DNA from: Tubiluchus corallicola
Lineage: Eukaryota; Animalia; Priapulida
Reading direction: 5' to 3'
Assembly (NCBI GenBank): GCA_030141605.1
Contig: JAQGDQ010001413.1
Location: 1 to 42,113, forward strand
Length of the DNA stretch: 42,113 bases
Shown here: positions 1-11,801 of the stretch, one piece after another
Numbering within the stretch: position 1 is the stretch's first letter
How the letters are laid out: each line of letters begins with the position of its first letter
Notes under the pieces: model-generated
The model's database searches: none
Told to the model about the DNA's origin: nothing
What the model saw: only the letters and a program-made list of their open reading frames with translations
Translations under genes and position numbers: made by a program

Positions 1-468
<468 letters not shown>

Positions 469-1053
469 ATTAATTACACAAACCCCAAAAATTGGGCATC
501 CAGGAAAATTCTACATTTTAATGTCAATTTCCTGGAACACAAGCCGTTCAAAAGCGAGTCAGCGGGCAGAAGAGGCGCTCAATAATGTCCCTACGGCCAT
601 TCGAGGTCTCTCTTTGTACACAGGTGTGGACAGACATGATCATTCACTCCAACAATTCGTGTCCAGAATCAGATATGCGACTGTCAAAGCCACTTCTTCA
701 AAAGTCAAACGCCGTTTACCACAATAGACACGTATTCATTTTACCAAGAAATCTTATCTAAGGACAAATCCTGAATCCAACAGGGACTGTTCCTTCTCCT
801 GAATAATGCATGAATATGATTCTTTCGGCGACGTCTGACAGATTACTGCTCTCTAACTATGAGCTGGAACTCACATGTATTCTTAAATTTTTGAACTTAA
901 TTGTGTCAAGCCTCCATGCATTAGACTCAAACTTAAAGATCCATTAGCTGACAAACAATGCCAAATAAATAAAACAAATATTCTATACAGCAAAGTTTTC
1001 AATTGTCCAAGCAGTTTGGTCTTTATTGGTCAACAAGACGCTGATGATACAGG

Positions 1054-1584
1054 TAAACGCTCATTTGCAAAAGTTTAAGACCAAGCTCGAGTTTTCGGGA
1101 TTTTCATCATACTGTACCCTGATTGCATCAGATTCTTTGTTGATTGCATCATACAGCTAGTGGTTTGAAACAGTACGTCTAGTGAGTATGAGTGACTCAT
1201 TTGCCTGCCGCTATCCATACAGATCGGCCGTTTTTGCATTTTTCTTCTGATCCAAAAAATGGGCAAAAAAATCGTGATTGAGTGAGACTCAGGTTCAAAT
1301 CGTGACTTTACATCAAGAAGGATATACTGAAAGGGCGATAAGTGCTAGATTACGGTTTTCCAAGACAGCCGTGCACCAAGCTATCATCAAATTCGAGACT
1401 GATGGCACTTACAAAGTACAAAGATGTTCAAAGACTGTGACTATTTTTGGATAAAAACATACAAACTGCTGTATGTTTTTATACTAATAAATAAATAGTC
1501 TTTAGATGGAACCGTGTTAAACGATGGTTTTGTGAATTTTCATGAAAAAATTACTTTGGTCTTAAACTTTTGCAAATGATTGTA
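1054..1584 (+). mobile_element. Internally deleted Tc1-like DNA transposon
   Basis: 24-bp inverted repeat TCATTTGCAAAAGTTTAAGACCAA at 1061-1084 and its reverse complement at 1556-1579; TA at 1054-55 and 1583-84; contains a transposase N-terminus. Confidence 0.85.
1259..1424 (+). pseudogene. Tc1 transposase N-terminal paired-like HTH fragment
   Basis: MGKK, then a frameshift, then LSETQVQIVTLHQEGYTERAISARLRFSKTAVHQAIIKFETDGTY, a typical Tc1 HTH; no DDE domain remains. Confidence 0.85.
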
Positions 1585-2782
1585 TTAGTGTATCAAATTT
1601 TCAAACTAACACTGTAAAAAGAGATTTTTCAAAAAAACTGGAGAAAAGAAATCTTCAAGCAAACCAGATTAAAACAGAAGAATGTATTACTGCAAGAGAT
1701 GGTACTCGATCCGGGGAAAAAGTGCAAGCGCATGGACACTTTATAAAAGATGATATATAAGTAGAAAGGAACAAACAATGCCAGCTTTTCTTCAATGCAA
1801 GAATGTTAAACTTTCCCGCAATTCCTGCGGACCACAGTCAGTTTGGTCAAGGAGCCAAGTACAGAAAGGCCTAATAACGATTTTTTGCATCCGACCTGCG
1901 TACATCATTACCACTACACTCAAGAAACTATTTTAGAAGTGATTAAAATTTATATTACAAACCATATATTTCTACTTTCAGGACAGATAGTGGTAATTTC
2001 ATTACAATGCATATTAGTAATGTGTATCACACAGTCTGTGTAGTACAGTGTTATTAAGCTACAACCGTCTTGTAAGGGTTAATGGCATCCGATCTAGAAG
2101 AAAAAACTACCCGCACTATCTTTGGGATCGTGGCATGGACTTCAGCTGGATGCACTCAATTAATTGCCCGGGCCACACTTTCATTAGCTTGACAAATCTC
2201 TTCGCGGGCCGCAATTTGCACAACCCTGATCTAACCTTTACGTTACCAGCATATTTATGTACAACAGGGAAAATCGGGGTTTAACGAGTACTCAAGAAAA
2301 GCAGATTGACACATTTCATGGAGGTCTTCTAAGGAAAGTTTTAAAGCTAAGATGGCGGTACATAATCAAAAATAAGATTTCTATACTAGGAAAAAATTCC
2401 TTGGACTTCGAAAACAAGATATAAGATAGCTAGGACACCTTCTAAGATTACCAAGTGAAGCAATAGAAAAAATCGCCTTACCACCTGGCAAACCAAAAAC
2501 AACTTGGATAGCTAAGATGAATAAAGATGTTCAGCAACTTCAACCAAATATATCTTTAGGAGTAGCGCTGTTAGCTGCAGATAGAAGTGAGTGAAATACT
2601 CTAATAAATATGTCAATGTCTACAATAGATGGAATGAGACTCTGAAGAAACAGTTTGAAATTCATAAATACAGTTTTCGGTGGCTTCTTTTCTATGGAAT
2701 TCTTTGCAAAACTTTTGTTTCATTTATAACTATTATACAAGCTTACTCAAATCACAGCCTATATCGACATTTTCTTAGATAT

Positions 2783-2899
2783 TACCTTGCTAAAAACAAG
2801 GCAGAGAGAAATTATTAAAGACTCATTAATTTGTTCCTCTGCACGGAAATCTTTAGTAAAAGGCGAAAGATTTATACGTTTTGCAGAGAAACCAGAGTT
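2783..2899 (-). ncRNA. U5: U5 spliceosomal snRNA
   Basis: Minus strand reads AACTCTGGTTTCTCTGCAAAACGTATAAATCTTTCGCCTTTTACTAAAGATTTCCGTGCAGAGGAAC...GAGTC...GCCTTG-loop-CAAGGT. It has the invariant loop I GCCUUUUAC, an intact stem I and the 3' stem-loop. Confidence 0.93.
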
Positions 2900-2921
2900 A
2901 ACCTGTCTGTGAGCTAAACGC

Positions 2922-3003
2922 TATATAAAGGGAGTTGCTAACTAACTGCTTGTCGTGTGCTAGTGCTGCTGCACTATTCCTACTAACTGTTTGTGGCGCG
3001 TTA
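2922..3003 (-). promoter_or_regulatory. U5 promoter: TATA at -28 plus two PSE-like 20-mers at -63 and -104
   Basis: TATATA at 2927-2922; TAGCACACGACAAGCAGTTA at 2962-2943; TAACGCGCCACAAACAGTTA at 3003-2984. Spacing is identical to the second U5 copy. Confidence 0.75.
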
Positions 3004-3914
3004 TTTAACTACGGTATCAAAACGTGATATTATTAGCAAATGATTAAACTTTTCCTAAATGTTTATATGTAATATAATATGTTTATATATAAATGTTTAT
3101 ATGTTTAATACAATATTGTTTACGCTATATAATTTTGAGAAATAATTCGTTGTAGAATCTTATATGTTAAATTTCTTCATGTGCGAATGACAGGACAAAG
3201 TGACAAAATTATTAAATGAATAAAGTATCTGAGTTAATGATATTCAAGTGATTTGTGAAAGGGTAACGAAAAAAACCAAAAGTTACCAAAGTCGACCACC
3301 CTGAAATAGTGAGAGACCAACTAATTTTAAATTCACTTTCAAACTTGACTGGAAAATGCACTGAAATGTGACCTAATCTTAACTGTTTTATGTCTAACAT
3401 TTTAACTTAAAAATATTAAAATACTGCTGTGCGTTATTCATAAGGAAATGTAAATTAGGTGTAGCTCAAACATTTACTATTTTCCCTGTATGAGACACAT
3501 TTTTCATAATGTGCATATACAATTTTTGATAACAAAATTTAAAAACATTGTCACAACAGACGAAGATTTCCCGTTGTGACTACAAATTAGCTTAATTTTC
3601 CCTCAAGCTGCCAGAATTTATTTGCTTATTAACCGTTTCCATTTAGCAAACACAATATGTAGAATTTGTCACGATTTATAATACAAATCCCCGCTGTTTT
3701 AGATCAGTTTATTTGTTGGGGCGATCTGATTAATGAGGAAAAACGCCACAAGGGGCAGTGCGTGCGTCATTTGAAGAATAGCGTGCCCACGTTTTGCAAT
3801 TAAGAGTTCAAAACAGGATATAGTGTTACACCGTAGCATTAAGCTTAAAAACAAGCTGTACAGTTAGACAATTGCTTCTTGATACTTCAAGGAAGACAGC
3901 AAGATTTTTCATGA

Positions 3915-4680
3915 CAACTGTTCATGACATCACAACTGAACATAATATTCAACAGCACTAACATTCCACGTACGTGTTGTACGTTTTTGTGAACGTTGAA
4001 GTACGGTGTTACTGTACAACATTCAGTGTGAAAATTATACCAAAACACTTCAAAATTCAAGTTACTGCCGAGCTCTGGAAAGCGTGCACTACGTCACAAC
4101 TGAATAGCGAAGAGAATTAAAGGACGACAGGATGATTTTGCATATACTACCCCATTTTCAAGTACGGTGAAAAGTATGCATTTTAACAACAATAATACAA
4201 AAGCGTTTCAGATAATTAAATAATAGATTAAAAACTTAATTAACGGCGGGCGAGCCCAACTATTGATGACATCACAAACTAACATAATTTTCAACAGCAA
4301 AAATATTCCACGAGCGTGTTGCACGTGTTTGTGAAAGCAAAAATTGAAGTACAGTGCTACTGTAAGATATTCAGTGTGTTGTACTAAAACTAGGCAAGTT
4401 TTAAGATAAGAATTCAAATTTAAAATTTACCACTGTGCTCACGCATGAGCTTGTGTAGTTCGTCACAAAGTAACACATCTGAACAGAAAGGTACAGCACC
4501 TGTTTTTGTGCAATGCTTTTCCAAAACGCAGGCGCTAGTGCCCGTCTAACTAGCGAATAGTGAAATGCATGTAACAGGGAAGAACTAATGGCGTGAACGC
4601 GAAATTGTGTTTGTGTGGTAATAATTCTTTCACGTAAGTCATTTTTGAAAAAAAATAGTATGTTTCCTTTCAATATTTTT
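3915..4680 (+). mobile_element. Non-autonomous TTAA-AGG (Kolobok-like) element, family A: diverged partial copy, then a copy starting at 4117
   Basis: Starts TTAAAGGAC at 4117. The core GACATCACAAACTAACATAATTTTCAACAGCA recurs at about 10.8k (minus), 27.4k, 37.1k and 41.1k; the 37-kb copy ends GTCCTTTAA. Confidence 0.7.
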
Positions 4681-4978
4681 AAGATATTACACCATCCTAT
4701 CCACCGGCTCGCACGTTTATGATAGAGTAGCCACGTTCCATAGCATGCTAGCGATTGTAATATAGCAGATTGTGTAAGGTGAGTATAATTCTATAAAAGT
4801 AAGTTGTGTAATGTGCATATCATATTGCGCAATTTAGTAATTAGCGCGCATGTAACAAGCTAAATAGCTTAATAATGCGCGGTGCAATTGTAGCTCGTCA
4901 ATTATTGTAATTAAACCCTACGAACAAGCTTGTGGTGGAGGAGAGTAGCTTTGGCCGCCATTACATAATGTCCAGCGC

Positions 4979-5490
4979 TTCCTGTTTCCTGTACAACATA
5001 TGTATACTGATATTTCTTCTTCTTCTTCTTCTTCTGTTGCTCTAAACATCTATTGTAAACATAGAACCTGTATCCTTTATTAGAGCACTCCACTGTTTCC
5101 TGTACAACATACGTATACTGATATTTCTTCTTCTTCTTCTTCTTCTTCTTCTTCTTCTTCTTCTTCTGTTACTGTTAACATCTATTGTAGACACAGAGCC
5201 TCTATCCTTTATTAGAGCATTCCACTGTTTCCTGTACAACGTACGTATACTGATATTTCTTCTTCTTCTTCTTCTTCTTCTTCTTCTACTGTTACTGTTA
5301 ACATCTATTGTAGACATAGAACTCTATCCTTTATTAGAGACTCCAATGTTTCCTGTATGCAGTTAAAATGTTCAGTTCCTCTGATGCTATTGTTAAGTTT
5401 GGTTCCAGCTGATGTAAATCTTTATTAATTGTTGATATCCAGGTTGTTTTTGGTTTTGCTTGGAGGTCATTTAGCAGGTTTCAGTTTAAT
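4979..5490 (-). mobile_element. RTE-clade LINE 3' end with (GAA)n tail; terminal segment of about 110-132 bp tandemly triplicated
   Basis: Minus strand encodes KPKTTWISTINKDLHQLEPNL...YRKHWSL* (same family as 2480-2650; shares ATGTCTACAATAGATG). Units are 4979-5088, 5089-5220 and 5221-5341, each with a (TTC)n tract. Confidence 0.8.
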
Positions 5491-5527
5491 TAGATTTAGA
5501 TTTATCTTTTTATCCATTAAGCACAAT

Positions 5528-6282
<755 letters not shown>

Positions 6283-6365
6283 AGCACAATGCAAAAATAA
6301 AAGTTGTAAAATTACTAATTAACAACGCATTGCAAAAATTAACTTATGAGCTACGCTCAACATGT

Positions 6366-6367
6366 AT

Positions 6368-6437
<70 letters not shown>

Positions 6438-6450
6438 GCACGCACGCACG

Positions 6451-6512
<62 letters not shown>
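6366..6512. repeat. (CA)n/(CACG)n/(TA)n compound microsatellite
   Basis: Visible. Confidence 0.98.
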
Positions 6513-6513
<1 letters not shown>

Positions 6514-6980
6514 TGGTTAATAGTTAATTCTGCATCTCAGAAATCAATTTCTACCCTCACTAACACTTATAAGCCAGCGCTAATCGATCATAATAATATC
6601 ATAAAATGGCCGCCAGTTGCATCTTCATTGTAAACTCAAGAAAAAGTTAAAATGCAATAATCTAAAATCTTGAAATGTTTACGAGATCTCGAGAAACCCC
6701 CTGGCGAATTAAAATCGTATTTGAGAATTTCTACTGAGCCACATCAAACGAAATGAATTTTCATCAAACAAAATCATGCGATAAAATATGAAAACTCTTT
6801 GCAGGTTTTCTGCTGGACGCCACCTGTAGGTGGCGACTTTTAAGGAGTGAATTTCGAGAAGCCACTAGGGTGGCACCCGCTTTGAATTTTAAACAGGGAA
6901 AGAGTTAGACAAAGAAAAGATAGGCGGGAATGATTTAATATGAAAGAGACAAAGATGGCAACGGGAAGCAGAAAAGGCAG

Positions 6981-7358
6981 TAAGCTTCTCGCAGTTTCGT
7001 TGTGCGCATGCGCAGTTGTTCTAGGTCAAAGGTTCAGTGTATCACAGCAAAGGGTCTTATCTACAACCGTCAGGTGACGTGTGGGTAAAGCAAAGCTGTC
7101 TGCCGCATCAGTTCAGTAACTTCAGTTGTTTTACGTGGACCTAATTAAGCATTAGTCTGCGCGTAGAGTGATTTACTAGTAGGATCTTGCTTGGGAACAA
7201 GAAAAAATGAAATAGGTAAGGTCTTAGCTAGTTGTTAAAACTGTTACTATTACAACAAAATGGGTTGTGAGGTGTTGTCAAGTGTACACGCATTGTCTGG
7301 TACGCTTAACCTTTGACCTTTTCACGATCGTCAATCTCTGGAACTGTGAAAAGGTTTA
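6981..7358. mobile_element. Dispersed TIR-bearing repeat (MITE-like), copy 1
   Basis: Imperfect termini TAAGCTTCTCGCAGTT / AACTGTGAAAAGGTTTA; internal inverted AGGTCAAAGGTT at 7023 and 7308; inverted homologue at 41175-41533. Confidence 0.65.
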
Positions 7359-7549
7359 TTTCTGTACCTTATAACTGCCTATATAACTGTATAATGTATC
7401 ACTGATATATTAGCAGGATCCAGACGAAACGATTGTTAGATGCTTTTTAACATTTAATGAGCTTTTAATAAAAGTTTTTTTCTTTTTATGACACAGGAGA
7501 ATGTCTAATTTATATAATTTATGTATATAATTTATATAATTATAATGTA

Positions 7550-8519
7550 CCGTAAAACGGGGTGAGTTCGCCACTTTTTAGGGGTATTTTTTTACGTTTC
7601 CTGCCATAGCAAGAGAATTACCAAACCAATTTTCTTAGTTCAAGCTTTATATTGCCTTTCGAATGAAACACTATCGTGGGGTGAATTCGCCATTAACGAT
7701 TTTACACTCTTTAATGCCATTCTAGGCAGCTGAAGTTAACTGGTTGTGATTGGCTGGTTGGGGGTGAGTTCGCCACCCTATGAAAAAATTATGAAAAATG
7801 TCTAGTTTTAGTTTTCAAATAGAAACTTCTACGTTGGCAAGGAAGGCTTGAACGTCTTGTGCACTGATCTTTTCGCGGGCGCCCTTGATGTTGCCAGCCG
7901 CTCTGAAAACCAGATTGTTCCTTCGGGCGAATGATTTGACAAAGTCTATTCCAGGGTGTTTGCCTTGAATCGTCGTTCCCGGATTCCCTTCGCGTCAAGA
8001 ACACTCTTAATCAGTAGTCGGAGATCGATGGCAGTCATTGGGAACTCCCATTCAGCGGCCACTTGGAGTGTTGGCGATTTCGTGCTCCTCGGCGGCGGAG
8101 AACACTGGCTGACCTCCGGTCTTCAGCGGATGACTACCTGAGAGTTTGTCAGAAAGGGTCTTTCTTGGAACTCCGAATTGCCTCGCCGCTGCGCTGATTG
8201 TCCTGTTGGTATTCTTGACGGCATGTAGGGCAGCTTCCAGAGCTTCTGGGGTATAATATTGTTATCTATGACCCGGTACAGGGGTGTAGGTGCGTGGCAT
8301 GTTAAGTAGCAAGAAATAGTAGACAAATAATATGTAGCGCAGAATGGAGTACTTCTAGAGCGAATTGAAAAAAGATAACTGTCGCAAACTGTTTATAATG
8401 ACGGTGATCATGATATCTGTTCATTAAACACTGAACAATAGTTACAGCAAACCTACAATGGCCCTTACGTAAGGGGTGGCGAACTCACCCTCGGGTGGCG
8501 AACTCACCCCGTTTTACGG
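7550..8519 (-). mobile_element. Internally deleted pogo/Fot1-like (Tc1/mariner superfamily) transposon
   Basis: 25-bp TIR CCGTAAAACGGGGTGAGTTCGCCAC at both ends with TA TSD (7548-49 and 8520-21); subterminal repeats of GGGTGAGTTCGCCA. Confidence 0.9.
7820..8300 (-). pseudogene. pogo/Fot1-type transposase N-terminus (psq HTH plus CENP-B-type HTH)
   Basis: MPRTYTPVPGHR*QYYTPEALEAALHAVKNTNRTISAAARQFGVPRKTLSDKLSG...GGQPVFSAAEEHEIA, frameshift, QVAAEWEFPMTAIDLR...RFKANT, frameshift, GIDFVKSFARRNNLVFRAAGNIK. One stop, two frameshifts, no DDE domain. Confidence 0.88.
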
Positions 8520-8659
8520 TATATAATTTGACTAGCATTTTAAAGTTTTCATGATTTCAGTTTACATGATTTGAAAGAAGCCAGAAAGAAGCCATTTAAT
8601 GATCATCGTCAGTCGCTGGAAGTGTGAAAAGGCTTATTCTATCTGTGGAATAAGCCAAA

Positions 8660-8870
8660 CAAAACCATGATCATCGTCGCCATCGTCATTGTTGCTGCAA
8701 TCATCATTGCCGTCATTGTCACTGTAGCTGTAACAACTTCTCATTATTGCCGTCACAATATTTTCAGGGTGATTATCACTATGATCACTATCATTACATT
8801 CAATGTCGTCATCATCATCATCGTCATCGTTATCACCGTTGCCGTCATCGTCACAGCTGTTATTGCAGTA
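8660..8870. repeat. Degenerate (TCA/TCG)n low-complexity tract
   Basis: Visible; explains ORFs 8634-8993 and 8667-9056. Confidence 0.85.
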
Positions 8871-9022
8871 ACCGGTAGACATTATAAAGTAAACAAAATA
8901 CCAGCCAATGAAAGATACTGTATACAATGCGACCCAAACAAACCAGAAGTAGAAGACGTAACACATTTGCTCTTGCATTGTAAATATGAACAACTAAGGA
9001 ACATTCTTTATACGGAAATTAG
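8871..9022 (+). mobile_element. LINE ORF2 C-terminal zinc-knuckle fragment (RTEX-like)
   Basis: TGRHYKVNKIPANERYCIQCDPNKPEVEDVTHLLLHCKYEQLR matches the GR..P..R.CxxC...VED..H.L.C..Y...R motif of non-LTR elements. Confidence 0.75.
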
Positions 9023-9038
9023 CCCTACGGCCAAATCA

Positions 9039-9181
9039 TCATCATCATCATCATAATATATCAACATAGTTACGTCATCATCATCATAATACATCATCAT
9101 AGCTACGTCATCATCATCATAAAATATTATCATAGCTACATCATCATCACCATAATACATCATCATAATACATCAACATAG
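9039..9181. repeat. (TCA)-rich minisatellite with a unit of about 33 bp
   Basis: Unit approximately CATCATCATCATAATACATCAACATAGCTACGT, about 4 copies, bracketed by CTACGGCCAAATCA. Confidence 0.85.
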
Positions 9182-9436
9182 CTACGGCCAAATCACGTTG
9201 AAAACGCCGGTTCTCGTCTGATCACCGAAGTTAAGCAACGTAGAGCCTGTTTAGTGCTTGGATGGGTGACCGCCTAGGAATACCAGGTGCTGTAGGCTTG
9301 CGGGATGCCCACACTGTGTCTCGACACTAGGCGGAGGAGCTGCACAAGCAGCCGTAGAGGGCGGAGGAGGTCAAGTGACCAAACGGCCATGTGTAGAGGA
9401 GTAAACCTTCCAAATCAGGAGTGGAGTACCGAAGGC
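9182..9436 (+). mobile_element. 5S rRNA-derived SINE (SINE3), 3'-truncated copy
   Basis: Near full-length 5S head at 9182-9299 with A box AGTTAAGC and C box GGATGGGTGACC but no oligo-T terminator; continues into a body shared with 21622-22159. Confidence 0.9.
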
Positions 9437-10163
9437 AGCAACTCTACGAGACAAATATCCTCGAACCAGCAGGGCAGATTAACTGCAAAACGAATCCGAC
9501 GGTCACCCATCCATTTAATCATCAGAATCGTTGCTGCCTAACTTCGATCGAAAAAACACACGTCGTGCTATTCGATTATTCAACTTCCCCCAAAAGATGT
9601 AATGCAAAATTTCTTAGATAAAACATCTAAGAAATGCGTAACGTTTGTGATGTGAGATTTGAAGCAACGGGATTCGAACCCGAGACTGCAGACCGCCGTC
9701 CGCCATTCATGCTATGGAGATGCGTCGTTAATTTTGGAAATTATTTCTACAGCCGCATTCATACTGGCAATTTAATTAAATTATAAGCGTTTATTTCAGC
9801 TCTTATTTATGATTATCTCACGGGTAACGTTGACACTGCAATATATTACTTTGGTCTGAATGTTTTCCACAATTTATAATCTTCCTAAACTGTTTATGAC
9901 GCCTACAATTTCATTTCAAACGTTACTTGTGCTTATGTTATGCTTAAGGCACGTTAATAAAGCATTTTTGTTGCGCATTCTCTTTGCCTTTAGGAACAAA
10001 ATTAAAATAAACTCGCTAAAAAGAAAGTCTAATTGAATAAAATTGAATTTATTCGTGTGCAAACACGCAAAAATTAAAAAACTAAACGGAAGACGAAACG
10101 TTTGTAAATAAACATGCGGTTGTTCATTCAGCAATAAAATAACATTGTTCACGAGGTTAACTA

Positions 10164-10968
10164 CTAGAAACTGCAGTTGTATAGAGTGGTACACAACTTT
10201 TTCTGGAGGTACGCAATCAAGTTAGCAACATTACTAAACGATTACCAAAGAAACATACTATCTTTTAAAAAATGACTTACGTAAAACGATTATTACTTCA
10301 CGAACACAAACCAAATTAACTTCTAGAAACTGCAGTTGTATAGAGTGGTACGCAACCTTTTCTGGAGGTACGCAATCAAGTTAGCAACATTACTAAACGA
10401 TAACCAAGGAAACATACTATCTTTTAAAAACTGATTTACGTAAAACAATTATTACCTCACAAACACAATTTCGCGTTCGCGCCACTAGTTCTTCGCTGTT
10501 ACTTGCACTTCACCATTCGTTAGTTAAATGGGCACTAGCGCCTGCATTTCGGAAACGTGTTGCACGAAAAACGGGTGCTGTACATCTCAGTTCAGAGCTG
10601 TTCGTTTGTGACGTAATACACACGTTCGAGAGCTCATGCGTGAGCACAGCGGTAAATTTTAAATTCGAATTTTTATCTTAAAACTTACCTAGTTTTAGTA
10701 CAACACACTGAATATCGTACAGTAGCACTGTACTTCAAATTTTCTCTTTCCCAAACACGTGCAACACGCTCATAGAATATTTTGCTGTTGGAAATCATGT
10801 TAGTTTGTGACGTCATCAATAGTTGGGCTCGCCCGCCGTTAATTAAGTTTTTAATCTATAATTTAATTATGAGAAACACTTTTGCAGCATTAACTGTGTT
10901 AAAATGTATCCTTTTTATCCGACTTGAAAATGGGGTAGTGTATGAAAAATCATCTCGTCTTCTTTTAA
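10164..10968 (-). mobile_element. Kolobok-like family A copy with a 159-bp tandem duplication at its end
   Basis: Reverse complement of 4117-4680; ends TTAA at 10965-68; duplicated block 10164-10309 and 10323-10468. Confidence 0.75.
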
Positions 10969-11002
10969 TTATTAAGACGTTGTAGATACGAATATTTATT
11001 TA

Positions 11003-11041
<39 letters not shown>

Positions 11042-11454
11042 ATATATTGTACGTATTGTATATATTAGTACTTTTTGCACTATGATGTAATGTTTTTATC
11101 TTTTCGTATGGCTTCTTATGCTGAAATTAAATAATGTAAGCTAATCTATTCCCAATTCCTTCGTGAAGTTTGGCTTCACTTAACGCCAGAATTAACACGC
11201 CTTCATTAATTATTTGAAACTGATTTCCCAATGGTATTATTAATTACAGTCGTATGATAATAGGAAGCTTTGTCAGGATTAAGACGCTATAGAGGAGAAG
11301 ATGAAGAGAAATTAAGAGTTTGTTTGATGAGACTCATTTTCATGGACAAAAGAACAACACTGTGGGCGGAGCTTTGATAAAAACCGTCGTGTTTAGCCAG
11401 GAAATGGTAAGTGAGTTAAATTATCTTTGTACTGTCTCTTCAGTACTCATGATC

Positions 11455-11801
11455 ATAATCATGATCACAGTTTTTCTTAGTTCTCGCTCCATTTCATCTT
11501 TCATTCACTACTCCCCCCACCACTTTTATGTATATATTATCATTATTTCATTATTTCAATTATTAATCACTTCTTTAAGATTTCCACGTACAGTTTGGCC
11601 TGTCAAGCTACGCTTTTAGGCTCAAACTGTATGCATCAAAATTATTCTGTAATGTAATTTGCACATGTATATGCTGCATTTTGTAATTTCTGGATAATAT
11701 TGCATTTATATTTATATTTATATTTACTTCAGTGAAATTATCTGTATTTTTATTATAATTGTTAGATGCAGTGTGGAAATAGATAAACTTATAACTTATA
11801 A
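11455..11801 (+). mobile_element. Retroposon (L2/Crack-like) 3' UTR with (ACTTATA)n tail, copy 1
   Basis: About 330 bp nearly identical to the reverse complement of 32972-33295; stem-loop GTTTGGCCT...AGGCTCAAAC; short tandem tail. Confidence 0.65.

Larger units (their letters stand above)
1020..2650 (+). mobile_element. Degenerate RTE-clade LINE (RT and C-terminal part), interrupted by insertions at 1054-1584 and about 1810-2228
   Basis: Fragments translate as FIGQQDADDTG (decayed YADD motif, 1022-1053), LEKRNLQANQIKTEE (about 1638), NLYVTSIFMYNRENRGLTSTQEKQIDTFHGGLLRKVLKLRW (about 2230-2355) and IR*LGHLLRLP...PPGKPKTTWIAKMNKD...AADRSE* (2420-2594). These match RTE ORF motifs; stops and frameshifts are present. 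Confidence 0.8.

Noticed and set aside
624-760. Possible terminal exon after TCTTTGTACACAG
   Set aside because: Short, no recognisable product, and any upstream exons would lie outside the window.
9182-9299. Functional 5S rRNA gene
   Set aside because: No oligo-T terminator; it runs into a body shared with a TSD-flanked copy, so it is a SINE head.
9660-9725. tRNA gene on the minus strand (GGTTCGAATCCC)
   Set aside because: A B box and a weak A box only, no cloverleaf; at most a SINE remnant.
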